From assembly GCA_002269645.1 (NCBI GenBank), contig NIVC01002435.1, positions 86,492 to 150,491 on the forward strand: a DNA stretch of 64,000 nt. Reading direction: 5' to 3'. Origin of the DNA: Macrostomum lignano. Its lineage: Eukaryota. Positions within the stretch are counted from its first letter, which is position 1. Every line of letters begins with the position of its first letter. The position numbers and the translations under genes are program-made. Positions 32,630-48,567 of the stretch are shown one piece after another. The notes below the pieces were generated by a model. The model had not been told where the DNA came from. It did not search any database and was given only the letters and a program-made list of their open reading frames with translations.

Positions 32630-35600
32630 ATCTTCTACTCTGCTCTATTCTCATTCTATTCTATTCGATTCTCATTCTATTCTGTTCCGTTCTCATTATA
32701 TTCTGTTCTATTCTCATTCTACTTCTGTTCTGTTCTCATTCTATTCTGTTTTATTCTCATTCTATTCTATTCTGTTCTCATTCTATTCTGTTTTATTCTC
32801 ATTCTATTCTGTTTTATTCTCATTCTATTCTATTCTGTTCTCATTCTATTCTGTTTTATTCTCATTCTATTCTGTTTTATTCTCATTCTATTCTGTTCTG
32901 TTCTCATTCTATTCTGTTTTATTCTCATTCTATTCTGTTTTATTCTCATTCTATTTTGTTCTGTTCTCATTCTATTCTGTTTTATTCTCATTCTATTCTG
33001 TTTTATTCTCATTCTATTCTGTTCTGTTCTCATTCTATTCTGTTTTATTCTCATTCTATTCTGTTTTATTCTCATTCTATTCTGTTCTGTTCTCATTCTA
33101 TTCTGTTTTATTCTCATTCTATTCTGTTTTATTCTCATTCTATTCTGTTCTGTTCTCATTCTATTCTGTTTTATTCTCATTCTATTCTGTTCTGTTTTCA
33201 TTCTATTCTGTTTTATTCTCATTCTATTCTGTTCTGTTCTCATTCTATTCTGTTCTATTCTCATTCTATTCTGTTCTGTTCTCATTCTATTCTGTTTTAT
33301 TCTCATTCTATTCTGTTCTGTTCTCATTCTTTTCTGTTCTATTCTCATTCTATTCTGTTCTGTTCTCATTCTATTCTGTTCTATTCTCATTCTATTCTGT
33401 TCTGTTCTCATTCTATTCTGTTTTATTCTCATTCTATTCTGTTCTGTTCTCATTCTATTCTGTTCTATTCTCATTCTATTCTGTTCTGTTCTCATTCTAT
33501 TCTGTTTTATTCTCATTCTATTCTGTTCTGTTCTCATTCTATTCTGTTCTGTTCTCATTCTATTCTGTTTTATTCTCATTCTATTCTGTTCTGTTCTCAT
33601 TCTATTCTGTTTTATTCTCGTTCTTTTCTCATTCTATTCTCATTCTATTCTGTTCCGTTCTCATTCTATTCTGTTCTGTTCTCATTCTATTCTGTTTTAT
33701 TCTCATTCTATTCTGTTCTGTTCTCATTCTATTCTGTTCTGTTCTCATTCTATTCTGTTTTATTCTCATTCTATTCTGTTCTGTTCTCATTCTATTCTGT
33801 TTTATTCTCATTCTATTCTGTTCTGTTCTCATTCTATTCTGTTTTATTCTCATTCTATTCTGTTTTATTCTCATTCTATTCTGTTCTGTTCTCATTCTAT
33901 TCTGTTTTATTCTCATTCTATTCTGTTTATTCTCATTCTATTCTGTTCTGTTCTCATTCTATTCTGTTTTATTCTCATTCTATTCTGTTCTGTTCTCATT
34001 CTATTCTGTTCTATTCTCATTCTATTCTGTTCTGTTCTCATTCTATTCTGTTATATTTTCGTTCTTTTCTCATTCTATTCTCATTCTATTCTGTTCCGTT
34101 CTCATTCTATTCTGTTCTATTCTCATTTTACTTCTGTTCTATTGTGTTCTGTTCTCATTCTATTCTGTTCTATTCTCATTCTATTCTCATTCTACTCTGT
34201 TTTATTCTCATTCTATTCTATTCTATTCTCATTCTATTCTGTTCCGTTCTCATTCTATTCTATTCTCATTCTATTCTATTCTATTCTGTTTTGTTCTCAT
34301 TCTACTTTGTTCTATTCTCATTCTATTCTGTTCTATTCTCGTTCTTTTCTGTTCTATTCTCATTCTATTCTGTTCTATTCTCATTCTACTCTGTTCTATT
34401 CTCATTCTATTCTGTTCTGTTCTCATTCTATTCTGTTCTGTTCTCATTCTATTCTGTTTTATTCTCATTCTATTCTGTTCTGTTCTCATTCTATTCTGTT
34501 CTATTCTCATTCTATTCTGTTCTGTTCTCATTCTATTCTGTTTTATTCTCATTCTATTCTGTTCTGTTCTCATTCTATTCTGTTCTATTCTCATTCTATT
34601 CTGTTCTGTTCTCATTCTATTCTGTTCTATTCTCATTCTATTCTGTTCTGTTCTCATTCTATTCTGTTTTATTCTCATTCTATTCTGTTCTGTTCTCATT
34701 CTATTCTGTTCTATTCTCATTCTATTCTGTTCTGTTCTCATTCTATTCTGTTTTATTCTCATTCTATTCTGTTCTGTTCTCATTCTATTCTGTTCTGTTC
34801 TCATTCTATTCTGTTTTATTCTCATTCTATTCTGTTCTGTTCTCATTCTATTCTGTTTTATTCTCGTTCTTTTCTCATTCTATTCTCATTCTATTCTGTT
34901 CCGTTCTCATTCTATTCTGTTCTGTTCTCATTCTATTCTGTTTTATTCTCATTCTATTCTGTTCTGTTCTCATTCTATTCTGTTCTGTTCTCATTCTATT
35001 CTGTTTTATTCTCATTCTATTCTGTTCTGTTCTCATTCTATTCTGTTTTATTCTCATTCTATTCTGTTCTGTTCTCATTCTATTCTGTTTTATTCTCATT
35101 CTATTCTGTTTTATTCTCATTCTATTCTGTTCTGTTCTCATTCTATTCTGTTTTATTCTCATTCTATTCTGTTTATTCTCATTCTATTCTGTTCTGTTCT
35201 CATTCTATTCTGTTTTATTCTCATTCTATTCTGTTCTGTTCTCATTCTATTCTGTTTTATTCTCATTCTATTCTGTTCTGTTCTCATTCTATTCTGTTCT
35301 ATTCTCATTCTATTCTGTTCTGTTCTCATTCTATTCTGTTTTATTCTCGTTCTTTTCTCATTCTATTCTCATTCTATTCTGTTCCGTTCTCATTCTATTC
35401 TGTTCTATTCTCATTTACTTCTGTTCTATTGTGTTCTGTTCTCATTCTATTCTGTTCTATTCTCATTCTATTCTCATTCTACTCTGTTTTATTCTCATTC
35501 TATTCTATTCTATTCTCATTCTATTCTGTTCCGTTCTCATTCTATTCTATTCTCATTCTATTCTATTCTATTCTGTTTTGTTCTCATTCTACTTTGTTCT

Positions 35601-38225
35601 ATTCTCATTCTATTCTGTTCTATTCTCGTTCTTTTCTGTTCTATTCTCATTCTATTCTGTTCTATTCTCATTCTACTCTGTTCTATTCTCATTCTATTCT
35701 GTTCTGTTCTCATTCTATTCTGTTTTATTCTCATTCTATTCTGTTTTATTCTCATTCTATTCTGTTCTGTTCTCATTCTATTCTGTTTTATTCTCATTCT
35801 ATTCTGTTTTATTCTCATTCTATTCTGTTCTGTTCTCATTCTATTCTGTTTATTCTCATTCTATTCTGTTCTGTTCTCATTCTATTCTGTTTTATTCTCA
35901 TTCTATTCTGTTCTGTTCTCATTCTATTCTGTTCTATTCTCATTCTATTCTGTTCTGTTCTCATTCTATTCTGTTTTATTCTCATTCTATTCTGTTCTGT
36001 TCTCATTCTATTCTGTTCTATTCTCATTCTATTCTGTTCTATTCTCATTCTATTCTGTTCTATTCTCATTCTATTCTGTTCTGTTCTCATTCTATTCTGT
36101 TTTATTTTCGTTCTTTTCTCATTCTATTCTCATTCTATTCTGTTCCGTTCTCATTCTATTCTGTTCTATTCTCATTTACTTCTGTTCTATTGTGTTCTGT
36201 TCTCATTCTATTCTGTTCTATTCTCATTCTATTCTCATTCTACTCTGTTTTATTCTCATTCTATTCTATTCTATTCTCATTCTATTCTGTTCCGTTCTCA
36301 TTCTATTCTATTCTCATTCTATTCTATTCTATTCTGTTTTGTTCTCATTCTACTTTGTTCTATTCTCATTCTATTCTGTTCTATTCTCGTTCTTTTCTGT
36401 TCTATTCTCATTCTATTCTGTTCTATTCTCATTCTACTCTGTTCTATTCTCATTCTATTCTCATTCTATTCTGTTTTATTCTCATTCTATTCTATTCTAT
36501 TCTCATTCTATTCTGTTCCGTTCTCATTCTATTCTATTCTCATTCTATTCTATTCTATTCTCATTCTAATTTGTTCTATTCTCATTCTATTCTGTTCTAT
36601 TCTCATTCTATTCTGTTCTATTCTCGTTCTTTTCTGTTCTATTCTCATTCTATTCTGTTCTATTCTGATTCTACTTTGTTCTATTCTCATTCTATTCTGT
36701 TTTGTTCTCATTCTACTTTGTTCTATTCTCATTCTATTCTGTTCTGTTCTCATTCTATTCTGTTCTATTCTCATTCTACTTTGTTATATTCTCATTCTAT
36801 TCTGTTCTATTCTCGTTCTATTCTGTTCCGTTCTCATTCTATTCTGTTCCGTTCTCATTCTATTCTATTCTCATTCTATTCTATTCTATTCTGTTTTGTT
36901 CTCATTCTACTTTGTTCTATTCTCATTCTATTCTGTTCTATTCTCGTTCTTTTCTGTTCTATTCTCATTCTATTCTGTTCTATTCTCATTCTACTTTGTT
37001 CTATTCTCATTCTATTCTGTTTTGTTCTCATTCTACTTTGTTCTATTCTCATTCTATTCTGTTCTATTCTCGTTCTTTTCTGTTTTATTCTCATTCTATT
37101 CTGTTCTATTCTCATTCTACTTTGTTCTATTCTCATTCTATTCTGTTTTGTTCTCATTCTACTTTGTTCTATTCTGTTCTATTCTCGTTCTATTGTGTTC
37201 GATTCTCATTCTATTCTGTTCTATTCTCATTCTATTCTTATTCTATTCTGTTCCGTTCTCATTCTATTCTGTTCTATTCTCATTCTACTTCTGTTCTATT
37301 CTGTTCTGTTCTCATTCTATTCTGTTCTATTCTCATTCTATTCTCATTCTACTTCTGTTCTATTCTCATTCTATTCTGTTTTATTCTCATTCTATTCTAT
37401 TCTATTCTCATTCTATTCTGTTCCGTTCTCATTCTATTCTATTCTCATTCTATTCTATTCTATTCTCATTCTATTCTGTTCTATTCTCATTCTACTTTGT
37501 TCTATTCTCATTCTATTCTGTTCTATTTTCGTTCTTTTCTGTTCTATTCTCATTCTATTCTGTTCTATTCTGATTCTACTTTGTTCTATTCTCATTCTAT
37601 TCTGTTTTGTTCTCATTCTACTTTGTTCTATTCTGTTCTATTCTCGTTCTATTGTGTTCGATTCTCATTCTATTCTGTTCTATTCTCATTCTACTTTGTT
37701 CTATTCTCATTCTACTTTGTTCTATTCTCATTCTACTTTGTTCTATTCTCATTCTACTTTGTTCTATTCTCATTCTACTTTGTTATATTCTCATTCTATT
37801 CTGTTCTATTCTCGTTCTATTCTGTTCTGTTCTCATTCTATTCTGTTTTATTCTCATTCTACTTTGTTCTATTCTCATTATATTCTGTTCTATTCTCATT
37901 CTATTCTATTCTATTCTCATTCTATTCTGTTCTATTCTCATTCTATTCTATTCTATTCTAATTCTATTCTGTTCTATTCTCGTTCTATTGTGTTCTATTC
38001 TCATTCTATTCTGTTCTATTCTTATTTTATTCTGTTCTATTCTCATTCTACTTTGTTCTATTCTCGTTCTATTGTGTTCTATTCTCAGTCTATTCTGTTC
38101 TACTCTCATTATATTCTGTTCTATTCTCGTTCTTATCTGTTCTATTCTCATTCTATTCTGTTCTATTCTGATTCTATTTTGTTCTATTCTCGTTCTATTC
38201 TGTTCTATTCGTATTCTATTGTTCT
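32630..38225. repeat. 5.6-kb cryptically simple satellite built from TTCTA/TTCTG/TTCTCA blocks with higher-order repetition
   Basis: Continuous pyrimidine-rich pentamer/hexamer mosaic; explains the spurious 1901-aa and 1143-aa ORFs. Confidence 0.97.
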
Positions 38226-38509
38226 ATTTGCGTTTATATTGCAATCATCCATCTCTAATCCACTAATTCTATTAATACCTTGTACTACTACGGCACAATT
38301 TTAATCCCAAATATGTTCTGCAGTAGTTGACCCACGTAGAAAAAATCTAACAATAGTGCAAACTGTAAGCGAATAAATCGCACTAAAGGACATCATGTAC
38401 TTTGATAAGGACGGAATTACAAGTGCATTAAATTTAAGGCAAAAAACGAAGAACACAAATGGAAACTTTTGTTATAAAGCCTACAGTAGCACAATAAAAA
38501 TCAGACACT

Positions 38510-38985
38510 GTGCAGGCTAGATTAGCAATCCACTCTGATCCCCAGCTCATCCGTGCAGGCTAGATTAGCAATCCACTCTGATCCCCAGCTCAGCCGTGCA
38601 GGCTAGATTAGCAATCCACTCTGATCCCCAGCTCATCCGTGCAGGCTAGATTAGCAATCCAATTTGATCCCCAGCTCAGCCGTGCAGGCTAGATTAGCAA
38701 TCCACTCTGATCCCCAGCTCAGCCGTGCAGGCTAGATTAGCAATCCACTCTGATCCCCAGCTCAGCCGTGCAGGCTAGATTAGCAATCCACTCTGATCCC
38801 CAGCTCATCCGTGCAGGCTAGATTAGCAATCCACTCTGATCCCCAGCTCATCCGTGCAGGCTAGATTAGCAATCCACTCTGATCCCCAGCTCAGCCGTGC
38901 AGGCTAGATTAGCAATCCACTCTGATCCCCAGCTCAGCCGTGCAGGCTAGATTAGCAATCCACTCTGATCCCCAGCTCAGCCGTG
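38510..38985. repeat. 43-bp minisatellite GTGCAGGCTAGATTAGCAATCCACTCTGATCCCCAGCTCAGCC, about 11 copies
   Basis: Direct tandem copies immediately 3' of the PIH1D2 stop. Confidence 0.95.
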
Positions 38986-39000
38986 ATCAGTCCAGCCGCC

Positions 39001-42000
39001 CTAGGCCGGAGGCAACGAGCCGACCACCGGCGCCCGCAGCAGCAGCTGCCGTTTCGCTCGCAGGAATCGCGCCGTGGCGTCGTCCGGGGCCACTTCGCAG
39101 GGCAGCTCGGCCTGCAGCAGCGGCGGCTTCGCGCTGTCATCGGCGTCGGCAGCGCGGCGCAGCGTCAACAGCCGGGGCTCCAGCCGGACGTCCAGCACGG
39201 CAGCTGATTCGGCGACCTGGCCGACGGAGACTCGCATGGTGAGCAGGCGCTCCACCCTGTTCACGGAGGTCGTGAGCTGCAACTGCTGCGGCTGTTGCTG
39301 ATGAAGTCTTCCGCTGGGATTCTCAGGTCCGCCAAGCAGCAGCTGCGGCGATGCTGGCGAGTCGGATACGCTGAAAGAAACACGAAAGATTGCTGCTGAA
39401 GATTGTTGTGCATTATGAAGGCAGGCAGAGAAGACAGGCGCGTAGCTAAGTGCTAAGTTTTAATCATTAAGGACAGCAAAAGAGCTGCAATACAGTCTCA
39501 CTCAGGCCTCACTCAAGCCTCACCCAAGCCTCACTCAAGCCTTACCCAAAGCCTCACCCAAGCCTCACTCAAGCCTCATCCAAGCCTCATCCAAGCCTCA
39601 CCCAAGCCTCACCCAAGCCTCACCCAAGACTCACCCAAGCCTCACCCAAGCCTTACCCAAGCCTTACCCAAGCCTTACCCAAGCCTCACCCAGGCCTCAC
39701 GCAAGCCTCACCCAAGCCTCACTCAAGCCTCACCCAGGCCTCACCAAGGCCTCACCCAAGCCTCACCCAGGCCTCACCCAAGCCTCACCCAAGCCTCACG
39801 CAAGCCTCATCCAAGCCTCACTCAAGCCTCACCCAAGCCTCACTCAAGCCTCAAACAAGCCTCACGCAAGCCTCACCCAAGCCTCACCCAAGCCTCACGC
39901 AAGCCTCACCCAAGCCTTACCCAAGCCTCACTCAAGCCTCACGCAAGCCTCACCCAAGCCTCACGCAAGCCTCACCCAAGCCTCACCCAAGCCTCACCCA
40001 AGCCTCACCCAAGCCTCACCGAGGCCTCACCCAAGCCTCACCCAGGCCTCACCCAAGCCTCACCCAAGCCTCACGCAAGCCTCATCCAAGCCTCACTCAA
40101 GCCTCACCCAAGCCTCACTCAAGCCTCAAACAAGCCTCACGCAAGCCTCACCCAAGCCTCACCCAAGCCTCACGCAAGCCTCACCCAAGCCTTACCCAAG
40201 CCTCACTCAAGCCTCACGCAAGCCTCACCCAAGCCTCACGCAAGCCTCACCCAAGCCTTACCCAAGCCTCACTCAAGCCTCACGCAAGCCTCCCCCAAGC
40301 CTCACCCAGGCAAAGGCGCCACTAGCGGTGCTGGAGTCTCATGCTGCGACTGCGTCTGGCGCTTGATCTGTGTCTGGGCCTCCACCAGCCGCTGCAGCGC
40401 CAAGTCGCCAGGCTGGTAGCCGAGGCCGCGGTGCAGCGCGGCCAGGAAGCCCGGCTCGACGAACAGCTTCTCCGACGCCGCCTGCAGAAGGTCGATGGTA
40501 CCGTTGGCGTCGTCATCCTGAAGCTCGCCGGACAGCGGCCGGAGGTAGGCGCGCAGCCGCTGGGCGAGGCAGTGGCGCAACGCATGGACAACGAAGGCGC
40601 GAGCGTCGGCGTCGCGTTTCAATGCTGCAGCGGCGGAAGTCGCGGATGTCGTTGAAGACGACTCGGCGAGGCAGGCGGCTGGCAGCGCCTGTTGCAGAGT
40701 CTCGACATTGAAAGCAATCGGCAGCAGCAGGGCATCCGGCAGCTGCTGGCTCGGGAAGGGCCTGCCGACGTGGGCGCTTATGGTGGCCGAGGGGTCGGCG
40801 AGGTCGCAGCTGTGGGTGGGCGCGGCGGGTTGAATGCATATTCAAGGGTTAACCTAGGGTCACGGGTTCACCTAGGGTCACGGGTTCACCTAGGGTCACG
40901 GGTTCACCTAGGGTCACGGGTTCACCTAGGGTCACGGGTTCACCTAGGGTCACGGGTTCACCTAGGGTCACGGGTTCACCTAGGGTCACGGGTTCACCTA
41001 GGGTCACGGGTTCACCTAGGGTCACGGGTTCACCTAGGGTCACGGGTTCACCTAGGGTCACGGGTTCACCTAGGGTCACGGGTTCACCTAGGGTCACGGG
41101 TTCACCTAGGGTCACGGGTTCACCTAGGGTCACGGGTTCACCTAGGGTCACGGGTTCACCTAGGGTCACGGGTTCACCTAGGGTCACGGGATCACCTAGG
41201 GTCACGGGTTCACCTAGGGTCACGGGTTCACCTAGGGTCACGGGTTCACCTAGGGTCACGGGTTCACCTAGGGTCACGGGTTCACCTAGGGTCACGGGTT
41301 CACCTAGGGTCACGGGTTCACCTAGGGTCACGGGTTCACCTAGGGTCACGGGTTCACCTAGGGTCACGGGTTCACCTAGGGTCACGGGTTCACCTAGGGT
41401 CACGGGTTCACCTAGGGTCACGGGTTCACCTAGGGTCACGGGATCACCTAGGGTCACGGGATCACCTAGGGTCACGGGTTCACCTAGGGTCACGGGTTCA
41501 CCTAGGGTCACGGGTTCACCTAGGGTCACGGGTTCACCTAGGGTCACGGGTTCACCTAGGGTCACGGGTTCACCTAGGGTCACGGGTTCACCTAGGGTCA
41601 CGGGTTCACCTAGGGTCACGGGTTCACCTAGGGTCACGGGTTCACCTAGGGTCACGGGTTCACCTAGGGTCACGGGTTCACCTAGGGTCACGGGTTCACC
41701 TAGGGTCACGGGTTCACCTAGGGTCACGGGTTCACCTAGGGTCACGGGTTCACCTCTCACCTTTTGACGCGGCTCCAGCTCACAAACACGACGACCAGGC
41801 GGGCGGGTGCGAAGCCAGCGGGGAAGCCGACGACGGCAGTCTGGGACCCCGATGCCTCGGCCGAGGTGTCGCCGCCGTCGACGACCTTCAACTCGGCCAG
41901 GAAGCCAGACAGCAGGCTCTCCGAGTCGCCACCGGCGTCAGCGGAAGACGACGAGGCCTCGTCGGCGTCGTCAGCGAGAAGGCGGTGCAGCAAATGTGGC

Positions 42001-42170
42001 GAGGCGACGCGGACGTCGATGGCGGCGCAGAAGAGCGGCCGCGGCGGCTCCAGCATGCTGCGCCCGTCGGCCAGCTGGCGATCGATGAAGCTGCGGTAGC
42101 CGGCCGGGTCGCGGGAGGCCAGCTCGTCCAGCATCGCCCACAGCTGGGAGGCCTGGGCCTGCAGGCTCAT
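39001..42170 (-). CDS. PIH1D2: PIH1 domain-containing protein 2, 427 aa; exons 42170-41761, 40809-40306, 39370-39001
   Basis: QASQLWAMLDELASRDPAGYRSFIDRQLADG...PPRPLFC matches the recalled PIH1D2 N-terminus (QFWNLLDDLAQSDPEGYEKFIQQQLKEG); FVSWSRV, IAFNVETL; C-terminal CS-like domain (ATARFLRAKRQLLL). Two phase-2 GT-AG introns join in frame. Confidence 0.88.
39500..40305. repeat. 10-bp minisatellite (minus-strand GGTGAGGCTT) filling PIH1D2 intron 2
   Basis: CAAGCCTCAC tandem copies running up to the donor site. Confidence 0.95.
40851..41755. repeat. 18-bp minisatellite (minus-strand GTGAACCCGTGACCCTAG), about 50 near-identical copies, filling PIH1D2 intron 1
   Basis: Highly homogeneous tandem array. 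Confidence 0.97.
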
Positions 42171-42839
42171 CGCTGGGCTGCGGGGCGAAGGCCAAAATTT
42201 GTATTTAAATCCAGCAATGCTAATTGAGACTACTAATAGTAGGTGAAATGCGTGCAAAAAATAACTGTAGAATGGAACAATTCTGTACTGGAATATTCGA
42301 GTACCAAAACGAGAGAAGAAAGGCGCACACTATTTAAAGGCAGTCATTGCGCAACAGTATATTTGGTGTTAATCGGAATGTACTGTAAATAATAGACTAT
42401 TAGTAATATCATAATAATAAATACGTACATGGAATGAATCAGCAATTTACACATCTTAAAGTCACAGCCATTGGATAGCAAAATACCAGCAAAAAGCCGA
42501 TGAAGTGAAGGAATTTATCGTAGCAACAAAAGTGCAAATTAAAAAACCCAAACAGCTTGAAGCTGGAAGCTGGCTAAGAGACTGTATTATTCGGGTAACA
42601 AATATGATGGGACTTGTAGAAATTTTACTTTTAATATTAAACTCAAAGATGATATGATATGATAATTTCAGAGAGCAGCAGTCAGTGAGTTCGCTGTGCG
42701 CTGAGGTGAGTTGGATCCGGTGGATCCCAGCCTCCCAGCATCAGGCAGAGTTCAAAATCAAATTAAATATATTGTACCGACGTCTCTACCCTATTCCTGA
42801 ATATTTAATCAAGTATCCTTGATTAAATATTAGACGTCA

Positions 42840-43460
42840 TGGCAGAGACAGTCACTATCTCGACTGCATCGGGCAGCTCAACCGCTTAGGCGCCTCTAAC
42901 AAGGTGTCCCTAAGGTGGATCCTTGGGCACTCGGACCACCCCGGCAACGAGCTGGCCGATCGCCTGGCCAAGGCCGGCTCGACCGGTTCTTTTACTGGTC
43001 CCCTGCCCGTGGCCCCCACCCCCATCGCCGTTGTCAGCATTCGGATCAACCAGTGGGTGGCTTCAAAGCACAGGGAGAGGTGGGCTAACGCCCCCGACTG
43101 CCGGCAATCCCGCGCGGCTGTACCCTGTCCTTCCTCCGCTCCTGCCAGGGATCGCCACCCCAACGAAAAATCCGCCCTGAGGAATGCCCATCTGCCTCTC
43201 CGGTGTCGAGAATTCGGAGCGCTTCATCTGTGAATGCGCCTTTACTCAAAATATTCGTGTTTCTAAAAATACAATACGATTTCGTTTCTTAGAGGACAGG
43301 CTCACCTACCTCGGCCCACCCGGACGTCTCCAACGTTTTCAAGAATCTCTGCCAGCTCGTCCGCTACCTGAGGGCTACTGGGCGAGCGACAATCCACCTC
43401 CTGGACCCTCCGGAGGGGGACCGCGCTGCGGAGACCGGCACCACATAATCTCCCTACGCG
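42840..43460 (+). mobile_element. 5'-truncated non-LTR retrotransposon remnant (RNase H + degenerate CCHC + ORF2 end)
   Basis: [25 protein letters not shown] (RNase H); [18 protein letters not shown]; DRLTYLGP...[13 protein letters not shown]; broken by indels. Confidence 0.8.
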
Positions 43461-43914
43461 ACACCGCAGCACCAGCTGCCTCCCGCTCCCGCTGGTCGCC
43501 TCCCGCTGTATCCGGATGCTCGGAATCCCCTGCAGCAACATGAAAAATTTTTAAGTGAGCTCGATTTTTTCTAAACAAAAGATGCCAAAAAGGCATTGTT
43601 GAAAAATACTTAAGCACTAATAAACTGCCTTTCAACACCTCAAAATGATTAATAAATACTAACAGTACTCACTTCTCATGGGTGTTAAAAAGGGGTTTAA
43701 CGATTGTTTAACAATGTTCGTTTTTGGCGCGAGTTTAAATTTGGAAAGGAACGTATGCCAAAATTCCGGTCCAGTCAAAGCCCATTTAGAAGCCCATGAT
43801 CTGCTGTCTTGTGTGCGAAGAAAGGTACACAAAGGTCCAAAGACTACGAGAAGGCCAATTAGTAGAAATTTCGAGTAGTTTAGTACATAATCAGCCATCC
43901 AGCCCCTCAGCCCC

Positions 43915-47064
<3,150 letters not shown>

Positions 47065-48567
47065 TTCTTTCTTTGCTTGAGTTTACTTGCTGACTTTGTG
47101 AAGCAGAAAATTTAAAGCCTTAATAAGAATAAAAAAGACTTAATGGTGACAATTTTTGTCATGACCTACTTATAAAATGCTTCTCTTGTGTTGTCAGTCA
47201 CTAGCGAAAATTCACTTACTAAATAAGTCTTGAAAACTGCAAAGATGAACAATTCATGACATATTACAATTCAAAAGACTTTTTGGTCTTCACTAGGCAC
47301 TAATGGTTTCTTTAATATAATTGTTTTTTAAAAGAATTTTACCAACAATATAAAAGCAGTCAGTATATCTAATGGATAAATAGGATTAAAGCCATAACTA
47401 TATCTAATGTATTGGCTTTTATAAAATATCTAAACCATATTTCTTTTTTCATATAACTTGTAAATTTACATTTTTATATTTTTACAAAAGTTACATTGAT
47501 TTTTTACTGTGAAAACATACAAGCACGCATAGATCAAGGTATTAATATTTGAATTGAAGTAAATATATATATTGAATAAAAAGTACACTTGTAATTTAAA
47601 AAATCATTCTACATACAAATTTACTTAAAAATAAAATCAATTACATTGTTTTTTGTTTCACTAGATTATGAATACGTTTTAATTGATCTCAATATAAGCA
47701 TATTTTAGCTCGTTTTGGCTTCAAATGAAATTTACTTATCAATAAAAATTGAAAATGCCTTAATCGGTTGGGAAATTTCTTAGGCGGATGCCATGGGCCG
47801 CAAGCCGCGACTTTCAATACTAAAAATGTGTTCATTTTTTTCATTCAAAATTCAGCGATGTCTCAAAGTTAAGCATAAAAACAAAAAGTTTTTCTTTGCT
47901 ATTTTGATCATAATTTAATTTATATTCACTATACGTAACGTAAATCTTAGATTTTAGATAGATAGTTTTTAGCTTGTGAAATCGGAACTTTTAAACGATC
48001 TTTTAATGAGTATACTAGTAGTCCTGTCCTGTCCGTTAAGAGTCCTTATCAATAATTTAATTTTTTTCAGAATAACTTTATTTAAACTTGAGTTCAGTCG
48101 TATGTATGACAGTGGCTGCGAATGCAGCGAATGGTTAGATTTTTTATAAAATCGAGTCTCTATTTTATGGCAGTGGCTGCTGACTGCTGCTGCAGCAAGC
48201 AGGGATTCTCATCTTGGAATTTATCAAAAATGAACCAACTAATCTTGACTTACTGACAAGCAATGAGATGGTCCACTCCATTTGAGATGCTGTTGCAATA
48301 GGCCTAGTCTAGTCCTAGATATAAATCTTAAATCTTGGTCCAATGGCAATGGTGTAATCTAGATTAATACTAATAGCATATTATCTTTTCCTACAGGGTA
48401 ATAATATGCCCTGTTAGTGTTATCTCCGATTCTCCTTTAATATGAACCTTTATCTCCTTTCTTCTACTTTATTTGGCAAACCCTTCTTCATCTCCTTTAT
48501 TTGGAAGATTTTTGGGACTTTCTCCTTTATTTTAGCCACTCTAGGCCCCTAGCTCCTAAGATTTTTA

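Noticed and set aside
32599-38304. 1901-aa, 1143-aa and related ORFs
   Set aside because: They are translations of a simple satellite that lacks stop codons by composition.
43290-43541. Apparent minus-strand exon with good splice signals
   Set aside because: It is better explained by the plus-strand LINE ORF2 3' end (DRLTYLGP...YLRATGR).
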